IMG/VR virus record: IMGVR_UViG_3300022833_000006
Strand: one strand, 5' to 3'
From: an uncultured virus (IMG/VR IMGVR_UViG_3300022833_000006)
Lineage: Duplodnaviria; Heunggongvirae; Uroviricota; Caudoviricetes; Crassvirales
DNA: 64,000 nt
Part shown: positions 48,001 through 56,536 of the stretch, piece after piece
Layout of the letters: every line of letters begins with the position of its first letter
Numbering within the stretch: the first letter of the stretch is position 1
The notes under the pieces: generated by a model
Databases searched by the model: none
Told to the model about the DNA's origin: nothing
The model's input: only the letters and a program-made list of their open reading frames with translations
Translations under genes and position numbers: made by a program

Positions 48001-50046
48001 ACTTCTTTAATGTCTAAATATGAAGTATTAGAAGTTGAAGGAAATCCTGTTGAGTTTGTTAAAAATGTAAAAGAAAGATTAGTTGCATATAAAGATAATA
48101 AAAATGAAAATTCAGACAATGCTTTTGTTAATTCTTTAACTTTTTATAATGAATCTTTTGGTATTGACATTGGTAGACTTGAAGTAAATCAAAAAAATGA
48201 TATATCAAATGCTTTTTATGATATTTATAAACAAGATTTTAAATTAGCTAAAGATATTATTAAAGCATCATTTTTAATGAATGGATTTAATCAATCATTA
48301 ATTGATTTTAATGAAATGATTCCCCATGAATTCTTTTTAAATTATCATAAAATAAATAATACTAAGTTTCAATCAGTTCAAGCATTTATTAAAGAAAAAA
48401 TGAATGAAATGGGAAACTCTAGTTATGCTCAAAGTTTTCATAAAGAATATGCTCAGAATAATTATGATGATAATAAACTTGTAAGACAAATTAATAGTGA
48501 TTTAATTCAAAAAATTGGAAATAATACTAATAATTTAGTTTTTATTAAAGAATTAGGTGCACAAAAATCTTATCAAGTATCCAGTAGAGAAGATGAATTT
48601 GGGGTAGTTGATAAATCTACAATATCTTACACTCCTTATATTAAAACAGAAACTAATTCTAAAAATTTAGATGCAAATACAACCTTTTTATATGAATATA
48701 AAGGTAATATGAAATTTAACAAAGAATATAGACCTGTCTATGAGCAAATAGAATTAAAAGGTTATAAAAATAAATCTTCTAAAGTAAATTATAAAGAATA
48801 CGGTAAAGAAAATAGTAGTTTTGAAATTAATAATTTTGGAGTTAATCCAATTAAAGATAATGCAAATAAACAGCTTGCAATCTTTGAATTTGTTGATATG
48901 AGTAAAACTTCTCATTTTTTAGAAACTCAAGAATATAAAAATACAAATCAATTAAAAGATCTTATATTTAATAATGAGATAAAAGAATCTGAAGAAACAG
49001 TAGAAAGTCAAGAAAATAATGTATCTTTACAAAATGTAAATGTAGAAACTATTAAAATTTATTCACAGTTAGGAAATAAAACTGCTACTGATAATGTAGT
49101 TCTTAAATCTGTATATCAAAAAGCAGGTGTAGCTTATGCTAAATCTATTGATGGTGTGTTTAGTATGAGAGTTAATAATTCTAATACTCATTTTGGCAAT
49201 CCATTTAGTTCTGTACCTACTGAAATAGCTAAAGGTTTAATAGCTACTAAATCTACTAAAGAAAGTGTTAAAGCTTATATCAGTTGGATTTTTGATAATG
49301 GTGATGTTAACAATGCTTTTGCTGAAAAATATTTAAATAATCTTGATGGTACTATATATAATAAATTAAATGAAAGAAAAGAATGGATTCAAGAACAACT
49401 TAAATCAGGTGTTTTAAAAGATAAAGCTATTGTTTATTATAAAGAACTTGGAGAACCTTCTCATGCTACAGCATTGGATTATTTAATTAATAATAAAACT
49501 GATGAAAATATTGTATCTTTACAAGAATCTAATGATAAATTAATTCCTAATAAAACTATAAATGTGTACTATGGTCAAGCTGAATCTGAAAAATCTACAA
49601 AGATATTATCTAATTTAGCATCTCGTAAATTTACATATGAAAGTGTAGATGGTATATTTAGAGAATATGGAAGTGTAGAACATGCTTATCAAACTAATAA
49701 AAATGGAAATTTTAATAAAACTATTTACGATAATTATGTAAAAATAGGAGGTTATGGTAAAAAAATAACAACTAAATTAACAGAAAAAGGTAAAAAAGGT
49801 AATTTAGAAATAATGAAAGATTTAGTTGTAGAAAGCTTTTTACAAAATAAAAATTCTGAAGCAGCTATAAAACTTTTAGAATATAATAAATTTACTCATA
49901 ATACTAATCAATTAATAGATAAAGCTTTTTTAAAAGGTTTATATCTTGCACAAAAAGAATTATTAAACGTTAATAATGAACAAAAAGAAGGAGAACAATT
50001 AGATTTATTTGGTGAAAATGATGTACCAAATGAACCACAATGTTAA
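42070..50046 (+). CDS. virion-packaged DNA-dependent RNA polymerase (phi14:2 gp66-like) with C-terminal accessory domains
   Basis: Catalytic TGSDFDIDK (DFDID at about 46342), YRIPNQG, NQTDAQ, YMKYS, FVDNAKDP. Confidence 0.9.
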   Translation: MNCTISKTYNKLVKVFKNPTVAKEKYNKLSSLNFLKVFGDWKNIDSNNFDPEGKRLNDQGEPLLYTEIRNGKSIHYFLDKENNHIDITPRNFEYLNVDNRSTKIKEVVNIIAAEIFNENIKNNFNDLESIKNINIEKYINNFIQSTLSSAKDLKTGLENLLTFSDKQLLEDFDTNKDEINSEIILNDERIRISEGLEHGKADLKNEIISYFISKGLTINDKTNEIEEEKEKDDNSDRGEAVNSVEKNSKNKAGANVKLLLSFLRAYEIDPNYNITQGNSMFIPMLTDVFEQSKFIEGNAVHEDLLRLLANVVPNMVGGKIEDVFVKMISLIKNEIKIKPHYEDLINLLESEEYNQNKKSEFVVAMTHFKNQHMVYENNIIKGVFKAFDAAKQSSVESKILKNWQEKINKVFIKNGKIDTALLQSLSNEFKDSFKRFNDIFSGEDLSIMTDDDFSLAYSRSVLNKKKGLISIFNKLGINNIDDFVMHSMLIENANTDTFKSDVKIQITDLYGALNLALKDFTKNQNNEDYSFIENNKSRLFNDLAVYTAKTQNDVKDSTVYSMNKMFWVYGNASFLSNTINLFKENKDLLRNLKKNAINGHTLFADYLLAEDLRADGTYVYSEKNREIESNKRLEEFSATRFLQYQEEFKSKDAVDNKSVSVIDQIISRFGGVMGASVTNLNTNELTQSVKPIYSTILPADKNTAYEIKIGLFMNETLAEMKSFEDMDFSKKTKDIFYNYFTDEYNRMVEAYDDLKNKEYSKLKIHYHTDKGGNIGSYKDNNGKDIFLKTFEEYENSKETSKKLLGQAFVSQISPEINYNTLQSKLVGSNIFNKDGSPSYLEKDSLNEDHKDVITNILNKMMTNRVGDNVTDLMSKGIIKKTGENAYTFAAIDNQIRRSYGAEKGVFTRASLYQMVSDYAINTIIANVEYTKLFTGDPAYYKNMVDFFKRVPATYTDGTYLRLGLTEGDETFNMSVVENQIVDSKFYDNLDDSLKLAGIEKESERKSIIGAYKEGVNQTDAQAWITPMRWKFILERTGKWTDAHNVVYDKMIEKNKEPFTSSELKLSAQPLKGVYYGVVNGAPTYMKYSQAVLTPMLVKGSKLESFYNQMIEQKIDEAVTLDGVKVGADIPTDISGDKINFNIQVLNNFEWKLQQDLPVKLMKQTLLGSQIQKNIYSTVKKDEVYDVDGVDYQGFGIIDHINSILSDLSNNGINKLSKLLEKGADNKINSDKMYDIIQGEINDNPEDYTDNMKDAVNKKMLIEAMPSMRDKMYSILFSKIRKAASNIKTNGGSFIQMSNYGLDIVTADEQGVTWLAEKNELKPPTLYEDIVTNEDGTKITTIKQRPGQIFISHSDIAKAIPNYRQLAKEGKLKDMLGKDVLKAIGYRIPNQGMSSNDALEIVGILPPHMNDTIVAYTEITTKTGSDFDIDKMFVMLPELKTLYTKKTYKAAKEYLKTLVKDNVSDTTDVFNITDFYDALVENTGIDLSQEEMVKLFSATDETLLNNDYFNIIVDHLVKGESEGAKALSESINEGGVRKIIKSESNRDSTKGLNNMLFDSYWSILTNKSTYSEIIKPIDFDYLQNHIKSLNSDKQVNENFKFYDGIYQVELKNTYMLGKSGVGISANMAVDHNISKNMVNLRFNGYNLGVGFINENNETVFDNNPDTGNSNSVKLTVNQAKIAAARIKEKTGKSVNYETLMSFKIGDTISAFMNAFVDNAKDPYIELGNYNTYTSGVAFMLTRAGVHPYWTDAFMGQPILKELTKFTKDFESISVKKDDKYKSMSSYDAMLYDAVANLINTNNKKLIIAEIEKLKNQKRIVYSYEDLANNYNEKDDKRKNVELLMTFKEYQDQSKKLDASVNLSRFDTLGSGRNFSDMLVYQNNLLKLFNKQETKGEINGHMDKYIRDGVLTSLGSQLKNSVFFASDVLNANPSIFLSANKEFLNVIDNISMTTAGSYGGSMGRSSDKKMISKLSKELYTSLMSKYEVLEVEGNPVEFVKNVKERLVAYKDNKNENSDNAFVNSLTFYNESFGIDIGRLEVNQKNDISNAFYDIYKQDFKLAKDIIKASFLMNGFNQSLIDFNEMIPHEFFLNYHKINNTKFQSVQAFIKEKMNEMGNSSYAQSFHKEYAQNNYDDNKLVRQINSDLIQKIGNNTNNLVFIKELGAQKSYQVSSREDEFGVVDKSTISYTPYIKTETNSKNLDANTTFLYEYKGNMKFNKEYRPVYEQIELKGYKNKSSKVNYKEYGKENSSFEINNFGVNPIKDNANKQLAIFEFVDMSKTSHFLETQEYKNTNQLKDLIFNNEIKESEETVESQENNVSLQNVNVETIKIYSQLGNKTATDNVVLKSVYQKAGVAYAKSIDGVFSMRVNNSNTHFGNPFSSVPTEIAKGLIATKSTKESVKAYISWIFDNGDVNNAFAEKYLNNLDGTIYNKLNERKEWIQEQLKSGVLKDKAIVYYKELGEPSHATALDYLINNKTDENIVSLQESNDKLIPNKTINVYYGQAESEKSTKILSNLASRKFTYESVDGIFREYGSVEHAYQTNKNGNFNKTIYDNYVKIGGYGKKITTKLTEKGKKGNLEIMKDLVVESFLQNKNSEAAIKLLEYNKFTHNTNQLIDKAFLKGLYLAQKELLNVNNEQKEGEQLDLFGENDVPNEPQC

Positions 50047-50057
50047 AAAAATAAATT

Positions 50058-53000
50058 ATGGCGTGTAAATTAGACGTAGATGTAACTGTACAAAATCTTG
50101 TACAAAGAGAAGTAAAAAATATAAGTAAAATTACTAACGGTGTAGCAACTGTTACTCAAAAATTTGATAAAAGTGATTTAGATTCTATTAAAAGAATTAA
50201 TGATAAAGTAAACGAAAAAATGATTAGTTACGTAAGAAACGACGTAACTGATCTTCCTGGTACTGTTAATATAACAATATCAGATAAACTTTATAATCGT
50301 TACATGATTGCTATTGACAAGTTTAGGAACAGTAATAATGTTAATTATAAATTGTCAGCTGTAGAAATTCTTAATACTGATAAAGCTATACAAGTATTTG
50401 CTAAAGGTAAAAAGAATGGTTGGGATATTAATGAGACTTTAACAAAACTTCAAATACCTAAAGCGCAAAAACAACTTATATTAGATAAAAATATTACTGA
50501 TAGAGAAGAAATTATTACATCTTTATTAGCTGATAATAGTTTTGCTGTTGAAATTAAAATTGCTAAAAAAACTCAAACTAGAAATAACTCTAAAGATGTA
50601 GAATTTGAAGCTAATAATAGTTTATATAAATATTATAGTGATAGAAATATATATTATCAATTTAAAAGTGTTGATGATGGAGGGGGAAAAGTTGAAATAA
50701 CAAAAAAAGAATTTGATAAAATATATAATGAAGTACTTCCTAACACATCATATCATTCTACTTTAACAGTTCCAGGTGGTAGTAATTATACAGAAAATGC
50801 TATAAAAACTCCTAATATTATAAACAAATCAATAGCTCATATTAATGAGTTTAGTAATGGAATTGCTAATATGATTGGATGGTTTAGAAGTGATGAACAA
50901 CAATCTAAAAATAGAAATAAACTAACAGAGATGGGTAAAGATGCTCTTAGAGATGAGGGTATGTCTGAATATGAAATATCTGAGTTAGAAAAAGTTGAAA
51001 AATCTGGAGTACGTAGAATATTAGAATTACAATCTGACTTATTTCAAAAAAATAGAGATAAAAAAGATTTAATTATTAATGATGCTAGTTTAGACACAAA
51101 ATTAATTTCTGAAAACTTTGATACGGTTGAAGAATACGAAGAATATTTAGAATCTTCTAGTAAAAACAATAATTCAAATAATAATAATCAATTTTTACAA
51201 TTATTAAACAAAGAAGGTAATTGGGTTAATTTCTTTGTAAAATCTATTGTACAAGATAGTGTTAAAAAAGGTTATACAAAAGTATTATTTCCTACAGGTG
51301 AAACTGCTGCTAAAGTACAAAAGCATAAAACCTTGATGCAAGAATTAATAAAATATGATGATTTAATTAATAATGCAGATAAATATTATAATAAAGGTAA
51401 TGAAAGATTACCAGGAGGATATACTGCAGAAATTAATAATGATTATATTTTATATAGTAAAACAAAAGAAGGTTTTATTAAAAAAGCAAAAGAAAAAAGA
51501 CAAGAATTAGAAACTGAAAGTTTAGAAAAAAATAAACCTGTTGAAGCTTTTTATACTAATAAACTAACTAGTGTTCTTAATAAATTATACAAAGGACGTG
51601 TTCAAGAAATTACTGATGAATTTGGAAATACTTGGAATGAAGTTACTACAAAATTAGAAGATGCAAATCAATCATTTACTTTAAAGTTAGAACGTCAACA
51701 ATCTGAAAAAAAGGAATACAAATCTTTTGCGTTTGACAAAACAAAAGTTTCAATAGCTCCTGCTAACATATCAGAAGAAGAAACAAATAAAAACAAATCA
51801 GATGTATTAAATCAATTGTTTGATGGTACATTTAAACCTACAACATTAAATGATTTTCTTAGAAATTTATATTCTAATCCTAATATAAATATGAATGAAG
51901 AAGGTTTAGCTTTAATGAAAGCTTTATTACCTAGTAGATCTAAAATTAAATTTGTAACATCTGCAGTTTTAACAGATGAAGTTTTTGGTAGATATGATAG
52001 TTTAACTCGTACTATATTAATAAATAAAGACATTATAGGAGACTCTAATCTTTATTATGCTATAGAGTCTATATTACATGAAGGAACGCATGACATAACA
52101 GCTGTAGCTCTTAATCAACCTAAAACTGATAAACAAATTGCTTTTAGAAATAGTATACAAAAAGCTTACGATTATTATACTAAAGCTGTTGAATATAAAG
52201 ATTTAAAAGGTGATAATTATGGTTTTACTGATATAAATGAATTTGCATCAGAAATAATGACTAACACTGCTTTTAGAAGTAAATTAAAAGCTGTTGAAAG
52301 TCAAGAATCTGTATGGAAACAATTTATAAATGCAATTAAACAATTTTTAGGATTAAATATTGAAAAATACGACTCTATTAAAGTTGATCAAATTATAAAT
52401 TCTATTATAGACATTGCATCAGAAGAATATACTGATAATAATCAGTCATCTCTTAACATGACTTTTGAAAAAAGAACAAGTAGTAAAAAAGAAACTAGAA
52501 CTAAAGAAGAAATTGAATTAAATTTAATAGATAATTTAACAAATGTAAAAAGTCTTATTACTAGAATTTATGCAACTCTTGAAGATGTTAAAATTAAATC
52601 AGCAGATGCTAAAGGTGGTAAATATAAAGAAAAATATAGAGAAATTCAAGAAAGACTTAAAGAATTACAAGATAAATCTAAAGAAAAAGCAATACTTGAA
52701 TATCTTGAATTTTCAGTAACTGAATTAATAGGTTTAGAAAAAGGTTTAGAAAATAAAGAAAATCCTGATTTTAATTATTTAAGTAGATTTAAAGCTTATA
52801 TGGCTGTATTTTCTAATAATGATGCTATTGCTAACGTACTTATAAATTTAAAAAAGTATGATAAAATTACACAAGAAGATTATAATAAAATAGATAAAAC
52901 TTTAACTTTTGTAGTAGGAAAATATAAAAAAGTTAGTAAAGCATTAGATAATAAAATGAGAGATGCTTTAACTGAACCATTAGCTATAAAATTTGATAGA

Positions 53001-55580
53001 GTAAATACTGAATATCAAGATCAATATAAAATTGATTATAGAAATGAAATGCCTTATGGTATAACTAAAGATGAATATGTTTTCAATAAAATGAATGAAA
53101 ACATGGAAGTTATAGAAGCTGAAAAAAGAAGTAGAATAAGAAAAGGTCTTGACATTATTAATATGGATATCAGCAGTCTTGATTTACAACTTTCAAGTGA
53201 AAAACTAATAGACCATCCTTTAATTAGCATATTAAGCGAAAAAATAGACACTGTAGAAGCAAAAACAAGAAAAGCTTCTATTATTCAACGTAATAAAATA
53301 GCAGTAAGAGAAAGAAAAGCTAATTTTCAAGGTTCTTCTAATAAAAAACGTTATGATTTTATGCTTGATATTACTAAAGATAATCAATATTTTATAACTA
53401 AATACAAAGGTGAATTTAATGATATACTTGAAAATTTTCAAAATAAATTAAGTAAGTTAGAATACGGAGAAAAAGAACATAAAAAAGTTTCAAAAGAAAA
53501 GAAAGATTGGATTAAAGCTAACTTTAAAAAAGGAATACCTATTTCTAAATGGTTAAATCCTAAATATAAAAGTTTAACAGGTGTTCAAAAAGAATATTAT
53601 GATTCTTATGTTCAACAGTTAAAAGAAAATAATAAAAAAACAGTAGGTATAAATAGTTTATTTAATCAACCAATAGAAAAAGGTCCTATATTTATTAAAA
53701 TGGGAGGTATAACCCAATCAACTAGTGATAAAATATTAAGTGGTCAAGCTTTAAACGCAATTAAAACTAACGTTGGTGACGTATTTAAATCAAGAAAAGA
53801 TGAAGATACATATGGTAATGTAATTAATGAAGAAGAAGATACAATGTACGAACGTACTCGTACTGATCTTAATAATAAACCTATTCATTCTATTCCAGTT
53901 TACTATAGAAATAAATTAGAAGCAAAAGATCAATCATATGATTTGGGTACTATGCTTGCTATGGACACTATGATGTCCGAAAATTATCATAACAAAAAAG
54001 AAATAGAAGCAGAAGCTGATGTGTTGTTACATGTAATAAGTGGTTCACAAGTTATTAAAAGAAATTCTACTACAAAAGCATTTGTTGCAATGTTTAAAAA
54101 AGATGGTACTATATCAGAAGAAGATCTTGTAAAAATGCCTGGTAAAGATTCTAATTTATACAAAAAAGTTCAATCAATGATTGAAAACAGAATTTATGGT
54201 ATAAGTGATGTATATGCAGGTAAATTTATGGGAGTTAGTATAAATCAAGTTTCAAATTCTATAGCTGGTTATACAGCTGATTTACAACTTGCTTTAAATG
54301 CAATGACTGCTGTACCTAACGTTGTACAAGCTAAACTTCAAAATATGATTGAAGCAGCTGGTGCTGATATATTTACTTTAAAAGATTTAGTAAAAGCACA
54401 AGGTATATATATGAAAGAATTACCTAAAATATTAAACGATGTAGGTAGTACTATTAATACTAGTAAAATTAATATATTAAATGAACTTTTTGATACAATG
54501 GGTGATTTTAACATTATTAAAAATGCTTTTGAAAATAAAAGTAAATTAAGATCATTAGCTCATTCTGGAACAATGCATTCTTTAAATGCAATGGGGGAAC
54601 ATGAAGCTCAATCAACATTAATGATTGCTATAATGACTGCTACTAAAGTTAAAAACAAAGATGGTAAATTTATAAACAAAAATGGTAAAGTAGTTACTAA
54701 AAAAGAAGCAATGTCTTTGTATGAAGCTTATGAAATGAAAACTGATAAAGACGGTGTATCAAGTGTTGAAATAAACAAACATGCTGAATTTAGTTCCCAT
54801 AGTTCTAAGCCAATAAGAGAAGTTGGTGAAATACATCATCAACAATTAATAAGAAAATTAATTATTAAATTACACGGTCAATATGATTCTAAATTGCAAG
54901 CACATATAGAAAGAGCATGGTGGGGTAAACTATTTATGATGTTTAGAAAATGGATGATAAGTTCTTATAAACGTAGGTACGCAGGTGTTATGCATTCTAC
55001 AATTGAATCAAAAGATTTAACAGATGAACAAAAAATTTATGATTATGAAATGAAAAGATTTGATGAAGGTACTTACACTAGCTTTATTAGATTTATGAGA
55101 CATTCTGTCTTTCCAGCTGTATCTAGTTTTAAATTACAATTAGCTACTGAAAACTGGAAAGAAATGTCTGATATGGAAAGATCTAACGTTAGAAAAACAG
55201 TAACTGAACTTATGATAACAGGTATAATGGCAGCAGCAGCAATGTTAACATATGCAGCAGCTGAAGAAGATGATGATGATCTATTATTTACATTAGCTTA
55301 CATATTTAGAAGACAACAATCAGAATTTATGCAATTTTACGATATACGTGAAAATCTTAGAGTGTTTAGATCACCTGCAGTTTCACTTAACACTTTAGAA
55401 AAAACTTATTCTTTTATGACTCAAATAATGCCTTGGAGTATTGATGAAGAATATGAAAATGGTAAAAATAGAGGTGAATTAAAATCTTGGATTAAATTTA
55501 AAAAGTTAATACCAATGATTGCACAAACAGAACGTGACCCAAAAGAACTTTATAATTTTCTTGAAAATTCTGCTAAATAA
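50058..55580 (+). CDS. large polyvalent virion protein with a zincin metallopeptidase domain
   Basis: ILHEGTH (HExxH) plus downstream NEFASE; N-terminal domain with VPGG..Y.E, GWFRSD and ELQSDLFQK; C-terminal HGQY, MMFRKW and a hydrophobic helix. Confidence 0.75.
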   Translation: MACKLDVDVTVQNLVQREVKNISKITNGVATVTQKFDKSDLDSIKRINDKVNEKMISYVRNDVTDLPGTVNITISDKLYNRYMIAIDKFRNSNNVNYKLSAVEILNTDKAIQVFAKGKKNGWDINETLTKLQIPKAQKQLILDKNITDREEIITSLLADNSFAVEIKIAKKTQTRNNSKDVEFEANNSLYKYYSDRNIYYQFKSVDDGGGKVEITKKEFDKIYNEVLPNTSYHSTLTVPGGSNYTENAIKTPNIINKSIAHINEFSNGIANMIGWFRSDEQQSKNRNKLTEMGKDALRDEGMSEYEISELEKVEKSGVRRILELQSDLFQKNRDKKDLIINDASLDTKLISENFDTVEEYEEYLESSSKNNNSNNNNQFLQLLNKEGNWVNFFVKSIVQDSVKKGYTKVLFPTGETAAKVQKHKTLMQELIKYDDLINNADKYYNKGNERLPGGYTAEINNDYILYSKTKEGFIKKAKEKRQELETESLEKNKPVEAFYTNKLTSVLNKLYKGRVQEITDEFGNTWNEVTTKLEDANQSFTLKLERQQSEKKEYKSFAFDKTKVSIAPANISEEETNKNKSDVLNQLFDGTFKPTTLNDFLRNLYSNPNINMNEEGLALMKALLPSRSKIKFVTSAVLTDEVFGRYDSLTRTILINKDIIGDSNLYYAIESILHEGTHDITAVALNQPKTDKQIAFRNSIQKAYDYYTKAVEYKDLKGDNYGFTDINEFASEIMTNTAFRSKLKAVESQESVWKQFINAIKQFLGLNIEKYDSIKVDQIINSIIDIASEEYTDNNQSSLNMTFEKRTSSKKETRTKEEIELNLIDNLTNVKSLITRIYATLEDVKIKSADAKGGKYKEKYREIQERLKELQDKSKEKAILEYLEFSVTELIGLEKGLENKENPDFNYLSRFKAYMAVFSNNDAIANVLINLKKYDKITQEDYNKIDKTLTFVVGKYKKVSKALDNKMRDALTEPLAIKFDRVNTEYQDQYKIDYRNEMPYGITKDEYVFNKMNENMEVIEAEKRSRIRKGLDIINMDISSLDLQLSSEKLIDHPLISILSEKIDTVEAKTRKASIIQRNKIAVRERKANFQGSSNKKRYDFMLDITKDNQYFITKYKGEFNDILENFQNKLSKLEYGEKEHKKVSKEKKDWIKANFKKGIPISKWLNPKYKSLTGVQKEYYDSYVQQLKENNKKTVGINSLFNQPIEKGPIFIKMGGITQSTSDKILSGQALNAIKTNVGDVFKSRKDEDTYGNVINEEEDTMYERTRTDLNNKPIHSIPVYYRNKLEAKDQSYDLGTMLAMDTMMSENYHNKKEIEAEADVLLHVISGSQVIKRNSTTKAFVAMFKKDGTISEEDLVKMPGKDSNLYKKVQSMIENRIYGISDVYAGKFMGVSINQVSNSIAGYTADLQLALNAMTAVPNVVQAKLQNMIEAAGADIFTLKDLVKAQGIYMKELPKILNDVGSTINTSKINILNELFDTMGDFNIIKNAFENKSKLRSLAHSGTMHSLNAMGEHEAQSTLMIAIMTATKVKNKDGKFINKNGKVVTKKEAMSLYEAYEMKTDKDGVSSVEINKHAEFSSHSSKPIREVGEIHHQQLIRKLIIKLHGQYDSKLQAHIERAWWGKLFMMFRKWMISSYKRRYAGVMHSTIESKDLTDEQKIYDYEMKRFDEGTYTSFIRFMRHSVFPAVSSFKLQLATENWKEMSDMERSNVRKTVTELMITGIMAAAAMLTYAAAEEDDDDLLFTLAYIFRRQQSEFMQFYDIRENLRVFRSPAVSLNTLEKTYSFMTQIMPWSIDEEYENGKNRGELKSWIKFKKLIPMIAQTERDPKELYNFLENSAK

Positions 55581-55596
55581 CCATATTAAAAAGTCT

Positions 55597-55637
55597 AAAA
55601 AAAACCTTTATCGCTTAAATGCAGTAAAGGTTTTTTT
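55597..55637. terminator. bidirectional rho-independent terminator between the convergent arms
   Basis: AAAAAAAACCTTTA-loop-TAAAGGTTTTTTT between + and - strand stop codons. Confidence 0.85.
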
Positions 55638-55638
55638 A

Positions 55639-56262
55639 TTATATATAGAATTCAAATTTTATTAATATCATATCACTACCGTTTGTACTAACGTATGGCA
55701 TTTTTTTAACATTTTTTAAATTAAATTCTTTTTTAAATATTTCAAAATCACAATCTTTATAACTATTTATGTCTACAACAATTATATTTTTATTATAATA
55801 TAATTTTATGTCTTCTAATATTTTATTAATTTCATTTTTTTTAGAATAAGAATTTAATAAAGATTGAAAATTACTTATAGAAACATTTTGGCAATTATCA
55901 AAAGGATTTGATATTACATTAAGTTTACCTGATCTATTATGATATGTTTTAATTTGACAATTATTAAGTGATGAAACTTTTACAACAGGTGTTTTAATTT
56001 GGTATTTTTTAAAATTATCAAGAACTTTTTTTCTTTTATAAACTAAATACCATTCAGGTATTATGTCTTCATTTATAAGAGTTTGATAATGTTCTTTATC
56101 TGTTATGTTATATAATGTTATTATAAAAATTAATAAAAAAATAAATAATATTGTTAAAAAAGGTATTGTTATAAGCATTGTTAAAAATAAAAACAGTGTT
56201 AAAAATAATCCAATTTTAAAATTATGATCATCATTTTGCATTATTTGATTTATATTTTTCAT
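55639..56262 (-). CDS. membrane-anchored hypothetical protein (paralog of 57540..58082)
   Basis: Long N-terminal hydrophobic segment; C-terminal NCQ/VDINS/NGSDM domain. Confidence 0.65.
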   Translation of the reverse strand: MKNINQIMQNDDHNFKIGLFLTLFLFLTMLITIPFLTILFIFLLIFIITLYNITDKEHYQTLINEDIIPEWYLVYKRKKVLDNFKKYQIKTPVVKVSSLNNCQIKTYHNRSGKLNVISNPFDNCQNVSISNFQSLLNSYSKKNEINKILEDIKLYYNKNIIVVDINSYKDCDFEIFKKEFNLKNVKKMPYVSTNGSDMILIKFEFYI

Positions 56263-56263
56263 A

Positions 56264-56536
56264 TTATGAATATTTTTTAAATAATTCTTTTTCTTTTTTA
56301 TTAATTTCTTTTTGAATATTGTGTTTACCGTATATTTTTACAAGTAAATTACATCGTATTAAAACATGAGCAAGTTCTTCATAAATTTTATCATCACTTA
56401 CTCCATTGCCTTTATTAACACGTTGTAAAAGAACTGTATTAAGTTCAGAAAGTTCTTCAGCAGCTTTAGTATGATTAAACTTAGGTTTATTTTTTTTAAT
56501 TAATAAATCTCTAAGTACTTTACTAATTTTTATCAT
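56264..56536 (-). CDS. MazG-like NTP pyrophosphohydrolase fold protein
   Basis: KAAEELSEL...IYEELAHV (ExxE...ExxD-like, with H in place of D). Confidence 0.6.
   Translation of the reverse strand: MIKISKVLRDLLIKKNKPKFNHTKAAEELSELNTVLLQRVNKGNGVSDDKIYEELAHVLIRCNLLVKIYGKHNIQKEINKKEKELFKKYS

Noticed and set aside
1565..53441. Short - strand ORFs antisense to the structural genes (e.g. 1565, 2474, 7217, 11282, 41130, 51812) and + strand ORFs 33522, 62813 and 63730
   Set aside because: They largely overlap well-supported genes and have shadow-ORF composition
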